From the NCBI RefSeq assembly GCF_000010625.1, contig NC_010296.1, forward strand, positions 5,490,001-5,522,000: a DNA stretch of 32,000 nt. Reading direction: 5' to 3'. The position numbers were made by a program, and so were the translations under genes. The notes under the pieces are model-generated. The model did no database searches and was not told where the DNA came from. It saw only the letters and a list, made by a program, of their open reading frames with translations. Positions 1 to 9,006 of this stretch are shown here, one piece after another. Origin of the DNA: Microcystis aeruginosa NIES-843 (lineage in GTDB: Bacteria; Cyanobacteriota; Cyanobacteriia; Cyanobacteriales; Microcystaceae). Numbering within the stretch: position 1 is the first letter of the stretch; every line of letters begins with the position of its first letter.

Positions 1-375
1 TATTTCACCTTGCGTGCTGAAAAGTTGTGGGGGCCGGATTGGCCTGAAGAAATCGACTTTGTTCGCGTAATGCGACTTGAAGGGGATGACCCCCCTCATT
101 GGAGTTACACAGATAGCTTTTGGGTGGGTGAAACAACAGACGAACTAATACAGAATGCACTTGACGACAAAGAACCAAATGTTCTGAAATGGCGTGATGG
201 ATTTGATGAGGCATTGCTTTTACTTGTCTTAGATGGCAGCGTCGGCGCAAGTATGCTTCGCCCGCATGAGCAGTTGATGAATAATGAGTATCTAAGCTCT
301 TTTGATCGAGCCTGCGTCATGGAGTTCGATGGGAAGAGTTACAGAGAACTGCGTCTGCGAAGAGCTAAGGTATAA
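1..375 (+). CDS. hypothetical protein, C-terminal part (ORF open at left window edge)
   Basis: Frame 1 is open from nt 1 (YFTLRAEKLW...) to TAA at 373-375. No family recognised by eye. Confidence 0.4.
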   Translation, partial: YFTLRAEKLWGPDWPEEIDFVRVMRLEGDDPPHWSYTDSFWVGETTDELIQNALDDKEPNVLKWRDGFDEALLLLVLDGSVGASMLRPHEQLMNNEYLSSFDRACVMEFDGKSYRELRLRRAKV

Positions 376-420
376 CGCAGTGCGATGTCAAAGGCACTTC
401 GTAGTACGATCTCCGATCTT

Positions 421-517
421 GTAGGGTGCGTTCCCTGATGTGACTCCTACTGCTCCAGCGATCGATTTTAAGGAACGCACCATGCACAACTATCCCCCAA
501 TAGCGATCGCTAAATAA
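421..517. repeat. ~97-nt direct repeat, copy 1 (second copy at 2039-2136)
   Basis: Near-identical to 2039-2136. Contains a perfect 10-bp stem GGTGCGTTCC(425-434)/GGAACGCACC(472-481) and a HIP1 site. Confidence 0.85.
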
Positions 518-931
518 CTGGACTTCCCTCGTATAAACATACTAGCTATGGCTAAAAGTCTTACAGAGCCTGAGTTAAAGCAATAAAATACTAATGAACT
601 ACTGAACACAAAATCCTGAAGTTCTTACGCAGATAGGGTTTGAGGCAAAAATTTTCAAATTTGACCTTTAGACCATTATAGCTTGTTTCGGGGCAGAAAA
701 CCAGCAAAAACATGGCTACAGAGGGAATCCCTTACTCTAGAGATTAATGACACTATCTGTTAAAATCAGGTTAGCGATAACTATACAGCCAACTCTACGG
801 AATCGCTCTACTCCAGATACAGTCAACGGTACAGCCATTTTCAAGTAAAAAATGTACCCAGTAGCCTCTTTTCAATTTTTTCTTAGAAGCGACCTGCAGT
901 AAGGGTTTTGTTAATTTTTTAGTATTTATGT

Positions 932-1501
932 ATGGGGGGGAGTCCAGATATGAAACGTGCTGTCAAGCGGATCGGTAGGATTCTTGGAGTCCTAGTTATC
1001 GTAGTATTTTCGGCGTTTATCTGGTTTATGAAACGTGCTGTCAAGTGGATCTGTAGGATTCTTGGAGTCCTAGTTATCGTAGTATTTTCGGCGTTTATCT
1101 GGTTCGTCTACAGCTTCTATAAGGCACTTGAGCCCATTGAGTCCATTGATAAGTATCAGGAAGTATTGGCTGTTTGGAGGGGTAGCGGACTAGTTGATCA
1201 CTTCCCCAGTTCTGTGCCAGCGTCCGCTCGCAACGTGAAGTTCTCTTCGTTTCCTGGACACTTGCAGGGAGGAGGCTATGTTCAGATAAGAATGGAACTT
1301 CCCAAAGCAGAGGTGAAGAAGCTGTTCGAGCACGCAACAAACACTGCCAAACAATATTATAAAGATGGTGGGAACTTCAAGGATAGATTGCCCAGCACCA
1401 GTCCACACACGCTTGGCAAAGATGAACGGGACGCATCCAAATTCCCAGACGACTACAGGATTTTCATCGGAAATTTTGGGTCTGAAACCCCGCCGTTCTA
1501 G
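932..1501 (+). CDS. hypothetical membrane-anchored protein with duplicated N-terminal TM segment; 3' end supplied by an IS end
   Basis: 189-aa ORF; the alternative start ATG 950 gives MKRAVKR.... It has two copies of a 26-aa hydrophobic segment. The last codons (IGNFGSETPPF*) match the IS605-type left-end sequence also seen at 16665-16700. Confidence 0.5.
   Translation: MGGSPDMKRAVKRIGRILGVLVIVVFSAFIWFMKRAVKWICRILGVLVIVVFSAFIWFVYSFYKALEPIESIDKYQEVLAVWRGSGLVDHFPSSVPASARNVKFSSFPGHLQGGGYVQIRMELPKAEVKKLFEHATNTAKQYYKDGGNFKDRLPSTSPHTLGKDERDASKFPDDYRIFIGNFGSETPPF
950..1105 (+). repeat. in-frame tandem duplication, 2 x 78 bp
   Basis: 950-1027 and 1028-1105 differ at 2 positions (aagcggatcggtagg vs aagtggatctgtagg). 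Each encodes MKRAVK(R/W)I(G/C)RILGVLVIVVFSAFIWF. Confidence 0.9.
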
Positions 1502-1820
1502 GTTGGCTTTACGTTAGAATTAAAAGGCCAGTCTCGAAAACCAAGTGGACGGCGCAGCACCTTGAAAACTCGGCTTAGGGGGTTCCGACCAGAAAAGCTT
1601 GGCCGGGTAAAAAGTCGCGCGCAACAAGTACAAGAAGCGTTTAGCTGGAAACGTACCGTGGGACACACGGAATCGGGCTTCTGAAATGGGGCGAAAGTCT
1701 GTGGACTCTGTGTAAGACAGTACATGGTTTTTTAACTGTGGTATGCGACGGTGGTGGAAGCAGAAACTTAAATCGTGAGGTTTAGGAATCGCCGCACTTT
1801 TAGGGCGGCGAGGATGTCAA
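1465..1820 (+). mobile_element. non-autonomous IS200/IS605-type mini-element (left end + right end/omega-RNA region, no tnpB, no tnpA)
   Basis: The left end tcatcggaaattttgggtctgaaaccccgccgtt matches 16665-16697. The right end gaagcagaaacttaaatcgtgaggtttaggaatcgccg...ggcggcgaggatgtcaa matches 17925-17989. Boundaries are +/-10 bp. Confidence 0.7.
1600..1820 (+). ncRNA. candidate stand-alone omega-RNA (reRNA) scaffold of a TnpB-type element
   Basis: It retains degenerate similarity to the 3' tnpB coding region (cgtgggacacac vs tgtgggacgcac; gtctgtgga vs gtctgtaga). It also has the conserved RE hairpin CGCCGC-acttttagg-GCGGCG. The 5' limit is a guess. Confidence 0.35.
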
Positions 1821-2038
1821 CTTTCATGCGGAACCCTACAAGAAGGGATCAGGCCATGACTGGAACCATGGGGAGAGCCAGGGCATGGTAGTGAGCCTCC
1901 AACGAAACGAAGTCCTCTACTATGCCGAGAGCTGGTAACAAACAAAAGAGGCGAACAAGACGCTCCATCCAACGGCGGGCAACGTCCCTCTTTGAATTCG
2001 GGCTTCCATCTCCGCCGTGGATGAACTAGCCGTTAGCC

Positions 2039-2136
2039 GTAGGGTGCGTTCCCTGATGTGACTCCTACTGCTCCAGTGATCGATTTTAAGGAACGCGCCA
2101 TGCACATTCTATCCCCAAATAGCGATCGCTAAATAA
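2039..2136. repeat. ~97-nt direct repeat, copy 2
   Basis: Matches 421-517 with a few substitutions. The one stem substitution (GGAACGCGCC) still allows a G-U wobble. Confidence 0.85.
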
Positions 2137-2290
2137 ATCCCACAGCCGTAGGCTGGGTTGACGGCAGGAAACCCAGCATTACTTTTCTCTATCAACACTG
2201 ACCAAAAGCGCGATCTCACCCAAAACACCTCGACCTATCGACCCTGATTAGTTCCTGGTAGTATGTACAGGTGTGCATACTATAATTGAG

Positions 2291-2557
2291 ATGGCTTACC
2301 AATGGAATAGAGCTAAGGCAGCAGCCAATCTTCGCAAGCATGGTATTGACTTTGCTGATGCAGTATCCGTTTTCTCCGACGATCTGGCAATTACGATTCC
2401 AGACGAACGGTTTGATGAAGAACGGTTTGTCACAATCGGTGTTGATGTGTTTGGTAGAGTTTTGGTGGTTGTCTATACGATGCGAGGCGATGAGATCCGG
2501 TTTATCTCTGCCCGCAAAGCAACTCGTCAAGAACGGCAGCAGTATGAAGAGGGATAA
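2291..2557 (+). CDS. brnT: BrnT-family ribonuclease toxin (DUF497)
   Basis: MAYQWNRAKAAANLRKHGIDFADAVSVF...RFISARKATRQERQQYE is the typical BrnT pattern. The ORF track starts at 2273; ATG 2291 fits the family N-terminus better. Confidence 0.8.
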   Translation: MAYQWNRAKAAANLRKHGIDFADAVSVFSDDLAITIPDERFDEERFVTIGVDVFGRVLVVVYTMRGDEIRFISARKATRQERQQYEEG

Positions 2558-2559
2558 TC

Positions 2560-2817
2560 ATGGACGCAGAATATGATTTTAGTCAGGGTAAACGAGGGGC
2601 GATCGAGCCAACGCCACCTGGAAAAAGTCGCATTACAATTCGGTTGGATGATGAGGTTTTAGCTTGGTTTCGGGAACAAGTTCATATTGCAGGCGGAGGG
2701 AACTACCAAACCTTGATCAATGAAGCTTTGCGCCAGTATATTCAGCAAAGTCGTGAGCCTTTAGAGGAAACTTTACGCAGAGTTGTTCGTGAAGAGCTTG
2801 AGCGTATCGAGCGATGA
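2560..2817 (+). CDS. brnA: BrnA-family antitoxin (CopG/RHH-like)
   Basis: It starts 3 nt after the brnT stop. ITIRLDDEVLAWFREQV...GNYQTLINEALRQYI is the BrnA signature. Confidence 0.75.
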   Translation: MDAEYDFSQGKRGAIEPTPPGKSRITIRLDDEVLAWFREQVHIAGGGNYQTLINEALRQYIQQSREPLEETLRRVVREELERIER

Positions 2818-2875
2818 GGTGATTGTTGATGACTAACAAGTTGCTGCACCGGAACGCAGAAAGTTAGTCGGTGAG

Positions 2876-3124
2876 TTGCAAAGGTTATCTGCGTTCGGTG
2901 AGCTTGGTCGTTGGCTGGATTCCATCAATGATCGGCGATCGCAAATTCGTCGCAAATTAGAGGATAGTCCCAGTTTACGCGGTTATCCCGCGCAAATTTT
3001 GGATAAGGAATACACCAGAGCGCGTCGAGAAGCCGCCAGACAAACAGGTTTATTCCTTAGCGTTTTTCCAGAGTTTTGTCCCTATACTATCGCGCAGGTG
3101 ATCGAAGATTGGTGGCCCCAGTGA
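2876..3124 (+). pseudogene. DUF29-family gene, C-terminal fragment only
   Basis: The ending ...NPSLRGYPAQILDKEYTRARREAARQTGL..FPEFCPYTIAQVIEDWWP matches the C-terminal half of cyanobacterial DUF29 proteins. It has a TTG start, a TAG stop just upstream, and lacks the N-terminal half. Confidence 0.5.
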
Positions 3125-3287
3125 TAGCCTTGATTAAAGGTTAAATAATATCAGCCAGACTGGGAAACCATCTGATCAAATTAGTCCCCCCAGAGAACCC
3201 CCCTTGAGCCACATGGCACACTTTTCTTTTCTTGTCAAATTTTATGTTAAGAAAGATGTAACTAATGGATAGGGGGATGATCAAGAA

Positions 3288-4235
3288 TTAACCGTCTTCG
3301 TATTCGGGGATTCTTTCCTTTTTCTTCTCGGTGATATTGATGCGGGGGGGATTGTAATCTGGTTCCACGTCATCATCCCACATATCATCCTCGGCCTTAT
3401 CTTCGTAATCGTCGTACTGAGGACGAGAAAAGCTTTCTGCGCGTTCTGAGCGAGCTTCTCCCCAGTTATCTTCTTCTTCCTCGTATTCTTCCTCATAATA
3501 ACGAGCTTCGGCCCGTTTTTGCGGTGGGGGAGTGGCACGCAGGGGTTCTTTTTCCCATTCATCCTCACTCCAGCGTTCTTCAACGGGTTTAGCGGCCTCA
3601 ACGGGAGTGCGGAGGGGAATGCCCGTACCTAACTGATTTTCCGGACGAGCAGCGGGAGTATAATAAGCTTCTTCCTCTTCTCTTTCCCAGGGGGGACGAC
3701 CAATACCCAAACGTTCCAAAACCCCCACACTAACCTGCGTGAGACGTTCTTCGGCCCCTTCAAAGACAATTAAGCGATTCGGACCGCTGCTAACCACTTC
3801 TTCAATGGCAATTTCGTAGGTACTGATCAATTGTTCGGGGATAAGAGGCAATCCCAGGGAAGCGATGACAATGGAATGTAATTGACCACTGAGGGGATCA
3901 AATTGATAATCGCGGACTTTGCCTAAAGGTTCGCCGGTTTCCGTGATCACTTCACTACCGATTAAGGGAGTATAAGCATCGATATCGACGGATTCCAAGA
4001 CGTTATCATCTTCAACGAGAACCACGTCTCCTGTCTGACTGATGCTCGATAAATACATATATTGAGGCATTCCCGACAAGGAGAGGATATTATCGCGGAG
4101 TCCCAGGGCAACCACTTCTCGTTGATCGATATCTACAAGGATATCTTTAACAACGCCGAGTTTTTTGCCTGTATTGCGAGTGATAACCTGTGTATTTAAA
4201 AATTCTGAACGTAAGCGACTATTCTCTGTGATCAT
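3288..4235 (-). CDS. PRC-barrel domain protein (two PRC-like modules) with an acidic, low-complexity C-terminal tail
   Basis: L..T.VITRNTGKKLGVVKDILVD and GSEVITETGEPLGKVRDYQFD are PRC-barrel-like repeats. The tail is E/D/Y/W-rich. Confidence 0.65.
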   Translation of the reverse strand: MITENSRLRSEFLNTQVITRNTGKKLGVVKDILVDIDQREVVALGLRDNILSLSGMPQYMYLSSISQTGDVVLVEDDNVLESVDIDAYTPLIGSEVITETGEPLGKVRDYQFDPLSGQLHSIVIASLGLPLIPEQLISTYEIAIEEVVSSGPNRLIVFEGAEERLTQVSVGVLERLGIGRPPWEREEEEAYYTPAARPENQLGTGIPLRTPVEAAKPVEERWSEDEWEKEPLRATPPPQKRAEARYYEEEYEEEEDNWGEARSERAESFSRPQYDDYEDKAEDDMWDDDVEPDYNPPRINITEKKKERIPEYEDG

Positions 4236-4450
4236 TTTTTCCTATGGGTAGGCGTTAGGTCGTGGGAATACGAGTTATTGTAGGCTTAATATATAGGGCG
4301 AGATCGAGGGTTAATTTACCGATATTGGCTTAGATCTTAAAGTTCCCTGAGATTAACACTTTTTTTGGCCTTGTTTGGGCGATAGTTTCGGGTGATAGAT
4401 AGGGTTAAACCCATTTTAGCTAATTCTTTACATTTTTTTAGTGACAACAA

Positions 4451-4486
4451 AGCAGGAGCTAGAGAGAAACTCCCTTGGCTCCTGCT
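4451..4486 (-). terminator. hairpin downstream of pdhC
   Basis: AGCAGGAGC(4451-4459)/GCTCCTGCT(4478-4486), a 9-bp stem with an 18-nt loop. On the minus strand it is followed by TTGTTGT, a weak U-tract. Confidence 0.4.
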
Positions 4487-4499
4487 GTCTAGATTCTGA

Positions 4500-5759
4500 T
4501 TACATAGTTAAAGACTGCACCTCAGTTTCGATCAGTTTAGCTAAGTCTTGCAGGAAGGAGGCTGCATCGGCCCCGTAGATGACTCGGTGGTCACTGGTGA
4601 GATTAACCGTCATCTGTTTTTGCACTCCGAATAAACCATCTTTATTGACGACGATTTGGGGACGGGAAGCACCCACGGCTAGGATCGCACCTTGGTTGGG
4701 GGGTAAGATAGCGGTAAAGCGATCGACTCCGAACATTCCCAGATTAGAAATGGTAAAAGTACCGCTATTATATTCTTCCGGTTGCAGTTGTTTACTGCGG
4801 GCGCGATCGACTAAATCTTTCCAACTGCGGGAGAGGGAATAGATATCCATCTGGTCAGCAGAGCGCAAAACCGGCGTAATTAAGCCACCACCAGGCATAG
4901 CTACGGCTACGGACACGTTAATCGCCCCGTGGTATTGGATTCCTGCGTCGCTATAGCTGGCATTAACTATAGGATGTTTAGCGAGGGTGTTGGCTACCGC
5001 TTTTGCTAACAGGGCCGTCATGGTGACACCCTTGGATTTTAGCTGTTGATAGAGTTGATCCAGTGGGTCAGTGGTGATAGTGTAGCCCACTTGGAAGGTG
5101 GGAACCTGTAGGCTAACCGACATATTCTGGGCGACGGCTTTTTGCAGAGTGGTGAGGGGAACAGTCCGACCGACCGGGGCGCTGGCCGGAATCGGGGCTT
5201 TAGGAGCCGCTACAGGCACGCTGACGGGTTGCGGGGGAGTAATGACGGGAGCGGGGGCGGTGCTGACTTTTCCTGTCGCTTTTTCTACGTCTTCGGCGGT
5301 AATTCGTCCGTGGGGACCGCTACCCACTAGGGTTTTCAGATCTACCTTTAATTCTTTAGCCAGTTTTTTGGCCCTGGGAGAGGCGACTAAACGGCCATTA
5401 TCTTTAACGGCGGCGACGGGTATCGAAACGGGAGGCGGAGCGATTTCTGGGGTCTCTACGGGCTTGCTAGGGGCAGCTGTGGCGGTTTTTCCCTGAGCTT
5501 TGGCCAGTTCAATTTCCGCTTCAGTTTCGGCGATATAGGCGATCGCTTCCCCCACGGGTGCTTCCTGGCCGGCTTCGACTAAAATTACAGCGAGATAGCC
5601 ATCATAAAACGATTCTACGTCCATGTCGGCTTTGTCGGATTCGACCACTAACACCGTTTCCCCTTTGCTGACTTTTTCCCCGGGGGACTTCACCCAAGAA
5701 ACTATTTTTCCTTCGGTCATGGTGGAACTGAGCGCGGGCATGAAGATATCTCGAATCAT
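4500..5759 (-). CDS. pdhC: dihydrolipoamide acetyltransferase, E2 component of pyruvate dehydrogenase
   Basis: N-terminal lipoyl domain (MPALSSTMTEGKIVSW...ESDKADMDVE), an A/P-rich linker, a subunit-binding domain (SPRAKKLAKELKVDL) and a catalytic domain with DHRVIYGA. Confidence 0.9.
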   Translation of the reverse strand: MIRDIFMPALSSTMTEGKIVSWVKSPGEKVSKGETVLVVESDKADMDVESFYDGYLAVILVEAGQEAPVGEAIAYIAETEAEIELAKAQGKTATAAPSKPVETPEIAPPPVSIPVAAVKDNGRLVASPRAKKLAKELKVDLKTLVGSGPHGRITAEDVEKATGKVSTAPAPVITPPQPVSVPVAAPKAPIPASAPVGRTVPLTTLQKAVAQNMSVSLQVPTFQVGYTITTDPLDQLYQQLKSKGVTMTALLAKAVANTLAKHPIVNASYSDAGIQYHGAINVSVAVAMPGGGLITPVLRSADQMDIYSLSRSWKDLVDRARSKQLQPEEYNSGTFTISNLGMFGVDRFTAILPPNQGAILAVGASRPQIVVNKDGLFGVQKQMTVNLTSDHRVIYGADAASFLQDLAKLIETEVQSLTM

Positions 5760-5816
5760 GGTGGAGTGCTTCTATCTCTAATGTTTTGAGCCATAGGGCA
5801 TTTTACCACAGTTGAT

Positions 5817-5946
5817 GGGGTATGGGGTGTGGGGAAGTGGGGAAGTGGGGTATGGGGTGTGGGGAAGTGGGGTATGGGGTGTGGGGTGTGGGGAAGTGGG
5901 GAAGTGGGGTGTGGGGTGTGGGGTGTGGGGTGTGGGGAAGTGGGGA
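5817..5946. repeat. G-rich STRR-like tandem array (GGGGTGT / GGGGAAGT / GGGGTAT units)
   Basis: Read directly from the sequence. The 114-aa ORF 5778..6122 is only its translation. Confidence 0.9.
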
Positions 5947-5962
5947 GAATAAATAAAATAAT

Positions 5963-6060
5963 CTCCTGACTCCTGACTCCCGAATACTGACTCCTGACTC
6001 CCGAATACTGACTCCTGACTCCTGACTCCCGAATACTGACTCCTGACTCCCGAATACTGA
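5963..6060. repeat. tandem array of CTCCTGA / CTCCCGAATACTGA units
   Basis: Read directly. It is adjacent to the G-rich array, in the same module order seen inside the GyrA/ParC-family gene. Confidence 0.9.
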
Positions 6061-6130
6061 TAACTGATTACAAAGGGAAAAAGAGAAGGGAAAACAGCCC
6101 CTTCTCCGTCGTATCTAGACAAAAATTGTT

Positions 6131-6874
6131 CTAGTTGCCAATATGGACCGGTTGTGCTTGCAGAGATTCGACTAAACCGCGCACAGCTGCCACCATAGCC
6201 ACTTCATTATCCAATTGATTGATCGCCGAACCAACACCGATACCGGCCGCTCCAGCAGCGATCGCCATAGGAGCGGTGACAATGGATAAACCGGAAGCGC
6301 AGAGGACGGGAACCTTAACTGCATGGGAAATAGCGTGGGCTGCCGCTAAAGTCGGGGCGGCTTTTTCAATCAGTCCCAAAATACCGGCGTGACGGGGTTG
6401 ACTGCTAGTGCCGCCTTCGGTTTGAATAATGTCAGCACCCTGACTAACTAAAGCTTCCGCTAGTCTCACCTGTTCATCGAGGGGCAGCAGATGGGGAACT
6501 GTCACAGACAGGGTAATTTCGGGCAGTAAGTCGCGAGTTTGACGGGTTAGGGCTAAAACTTCCGCCGCCTCAAAAATGCGTCCTTGGGCATAAAAACTAT
6601 CGAAATTACCGATCTCAATTAAATCGGCTCCCGCGTCCACTGCCATCACCAACAATTCTGGCTCGACGGCCGATACACACACGGGTAAATTTGTCAAGGC
6701 TTTTACCGTCCGAATTAGGTCAGCATTAGCGGCAATATCGACAAAAGTTGCTCCTCCGGCTGTAGCGGCTTTAACTACTGAGAGAACCTGCGAGCGATCG
6801 AAATTATTTAACCCACTAATCACTTTCAGGGCATGACGACGGGCGAAGGCTTGCTGTAAGGTAAAATTGATCAT
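6131..6874 (-). CDS. ycf23: Ycf23 / DUF561 family protein
   Basis: ALKVISGLNNFD...GATFVDIAA...ADLIEIGNFDSFYAQGR...LSVTVPH...ADIIQTEGG matches plastid/cyanobacterial Ycf23. Start chosen at MINFTLQQ (CAT at 6872-6874); the ORF track extends to 6916. Confidence 0.75.
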   Translation of the reverse strand: MINFTLQQAFARRHALKVISGLNNFDRSQVLSVVKAATAGGATFVDIAANADLIRTVKALTNLPVCVSAVEPELLVMAVDAGADLIEIGNFDSFYAQGRIFEAAEVLALTRQTRDLLPEITLSVTVPHLLPLDEQVRLAEALVSQGADIIQTEGGTSSQPRHAGILGLIEKAAPTLAAAHAISHAVKVPVLCASGLSIVTAPMAIAAGAAGIGVGSAINQLDNEVAMVAAVRGLVESLQAQPVHIGN

Positions 6875-6966
6875 TAATCTACACCTATCTGGAATTCTCA
6901 AAAAACATTTTCCCACCTTCTCGCCGATCAGAGGGTGGGATTTGAGAATTCTTAGGGAAATTTTCT

Positions 6967-7134
6967 TTAATTTAGGTGTTGATTCTCTTGGTTTTTGCGC
7001 TTGAGGTTTTGCAGTTGTTGCAGCAGTACCTCGATTTCCGCTTCTAGATGCAGGTATTTCACCTGTTGGTCAGCTTGGTAGGTGGTGCGAATCTGTTTCA
7101 TGGCGGAGGATTCCTTAGTTAGTACAGTTGTCAT
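6967..7134 (-). CDS. possible small coiled-coil protein (55 aa)
   Basis: The internal Met (CAT 7132-7134) gives MTTVLTKESSAMKQIRTTYQADQQVKYLHLEAEIEVLLQQLQNLKRKNQENQHLN. The longer 124-aa version runs into the glmU start. No family recognised. Confidence 0.25.
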   Translation of the reverse strand: MTTVLTKESSAMKQIRTTYQADQQVKYLHLEAEIEVLLQQLQNLKRKNQENQHLN

Positions 7135-7319
7135 AGCGGTATCTATAGAGTGCTGATTATGTTTAATTGTTTCAATTTGTATATAGTACCTTAACAATGT
7201 CTTAAAGAAAACCTTTTTATGGTAGTTTCTCAACTGGCACAGGATGAAAGAGGGAAAAAATTCTTGCAACCAAGGGGATCGGAGTGCGATATACTCAGTC
7301 GCGAACGATATTGGCAAGC

Positions 7320-8678
7320 ATGACCATGGTAGCGGTAGCAATTTTAGCAGCGGGTAAGGGAACCCGAATGAAGTCCAGCCTTCCGAAAGTTTTACATCCC
7401 CTCGGCAGTCGCTCGCTAGTGGAACGGGTGCTTAATGTCAGCGAATCCTTACATCCCCAGCGAAAACTGGTGATTATCGGTTATCAAGGGCAACAGGTGC
7501 GAAATACTCTACAGCATCTCGATGATATCGAATTTGTTGAACAAAAGGAACAGTTAGGCACTGGCCATGCTATTCAGCAGTTAATCCCCCATTTAGAGGA
7601 CTTTCAGGGGGATTTGTTGGTCTTAAATGGCGATGTTCCCCTGTTGCGTCCCGAAACCTTGCAAAATCTTCTCCAGATTCATCAAGACCATGGTAACGCT
7701 GCCACCCTCTTAACTGCTAACCTCCCAAACCCGAAAGGTTACGGTCGAGTTTTTTGTGATGGCAATAATCTCGTTAAGCAGATTGTGGAAGAAAGAGACT
7801 GTACCGATGCCCAACGACAAAACCACCGGATTAATGGAGGTATATACTGCTTTAATTGGTCAAAATTAGCGGCTATACTGCCTAATTTAACCCCCAATAA
7901 CGATCAAGGTGAATATTACCTCACGGATGTGGTCAATTTTCTCGATCCCGTCATGGCCGTGGATGTGGAGGACTTTTTAGAAATTACCGGCATTAACGAT
8001 CGCAAACAATTGGCCGCCGCCTATGATATCCTGCAAACTAGAGTCAAAGATGATTGGATGGCCGCTGGAGTCACCATAATTGACCCCGATAGTGTCACCA
8101 TTGAGGATACTGTCACCCTCAGTGCCGATGTGATTATCGAACCCCAAACCCATCTGCGCGGTGAGACGATAATCGCTTCTGGTTGTCGTATAGGTCCTGG
8201 GAGTTTAATCGAAAATAGTCGGATAGGCAGCGATGTAACCGTCTTATTTTCGGTGATTTCTGATAGTCAGGTGGATTCTGGTTGTCGCATCGGTCCCTAC
8301 GCTCATTTGCGCGGAGAAGCGAAAATTGGGGCTAATTGTCGAGTCGGTAATTTTGTTGAAATTAAAAAAAGTAGCATCGGCAATAAAACCAATATTGCCC
8401 ATTTATCCTATCTGGGAGATGCCACTTTAGGGGAAAAAGTTAACGTTGGCGCGGGAACAATTACTGCTAATTACGATGGCGTGAAAAAACATCAAACTAT
8501 GATCGGCAGTGGCACAAAAACTGGGGCAAATAGTGTTTTAGTGGCTCCTTTAAAATTAGGAAAAAATGTCACCGTGGCTGCCGGTTCAACTATCACTAAA
8601 AATGTCCCCGATAACGCTTTAGTTATTGCTCGCGAAAGTCAGCGTGTGATCGAAAATTGGGCAGATCAGTTTCAGTAG
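7320..8678 (+). CDS. glmU: bifunctional UDP-N-acetylglucosamine pyrophosphorylase / GlcN-1-P N-acetyltransferase
   Basis: [13 protein letters not shown]...LNGDVPL plus a C-terminal left-handed beta-helix of hexapeptide repeats. ATG at 7320 or 7326 is preferred over GTG 7284. Confidence 0.9.
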
Positions 8679-8780
8679 GTTAATTCCGGGATTTAAGCTA
8701 AGAAAACTGTTCCTAAATTCCGAGATTAGAGTCAAGATAAACGGGGAGGGAAAGAAAGAGGGGTTGAGTACCATTCAACC

Positions 8781-8893
8781 GGCGTTGCTGATTTGAGATA
8801 TGAATCTTCTTTTGTGGGATTTTTAAAACCTAGACCCAAACTAACTTTTGGATGGGTGCAAGATTGTCATTCATACCTTGATTCAGCAACGCC
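8781..8893. repeat. 113-bp element bounded by imperfect 24-bp inverted repeats, followed by T8
   Basis: GGCGTTGCTGATTTGAGATATGAA (8781-8804) pairs with TTCATACCTTGATTCAGCAACGCC (8870-8893). A T-run lies at 8895-8902. Confidence 0.5.
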
Positions 8894-9006
8894 CTTTTTT
8901 TTGCTTCCTCTCAGATTAACTCCTGTCAGTTCGCCGTAACAGACAAGGCAGTCAGTGATTTTTGTCTGTTGCAATTTATACAAAACGACGTGCGATTACC
9001 CTGCAA

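Noticed and set aside
5778-6122. 114-aa minus-strand ORF
   Set aside because: It consists entirely of translated tandem repeats (PHTPHPT..., SQESVFG...). It has no RBS or start context and lies in an intergenic repeat module.
6967-7341. Full-length 124-aa minus-strand ORF
   Set aside because: Its N-terminal half overlaps the glmU start region and reads as low-quality sequence. Only the C-terminal 55 aa were retained as a low-confidence feature.
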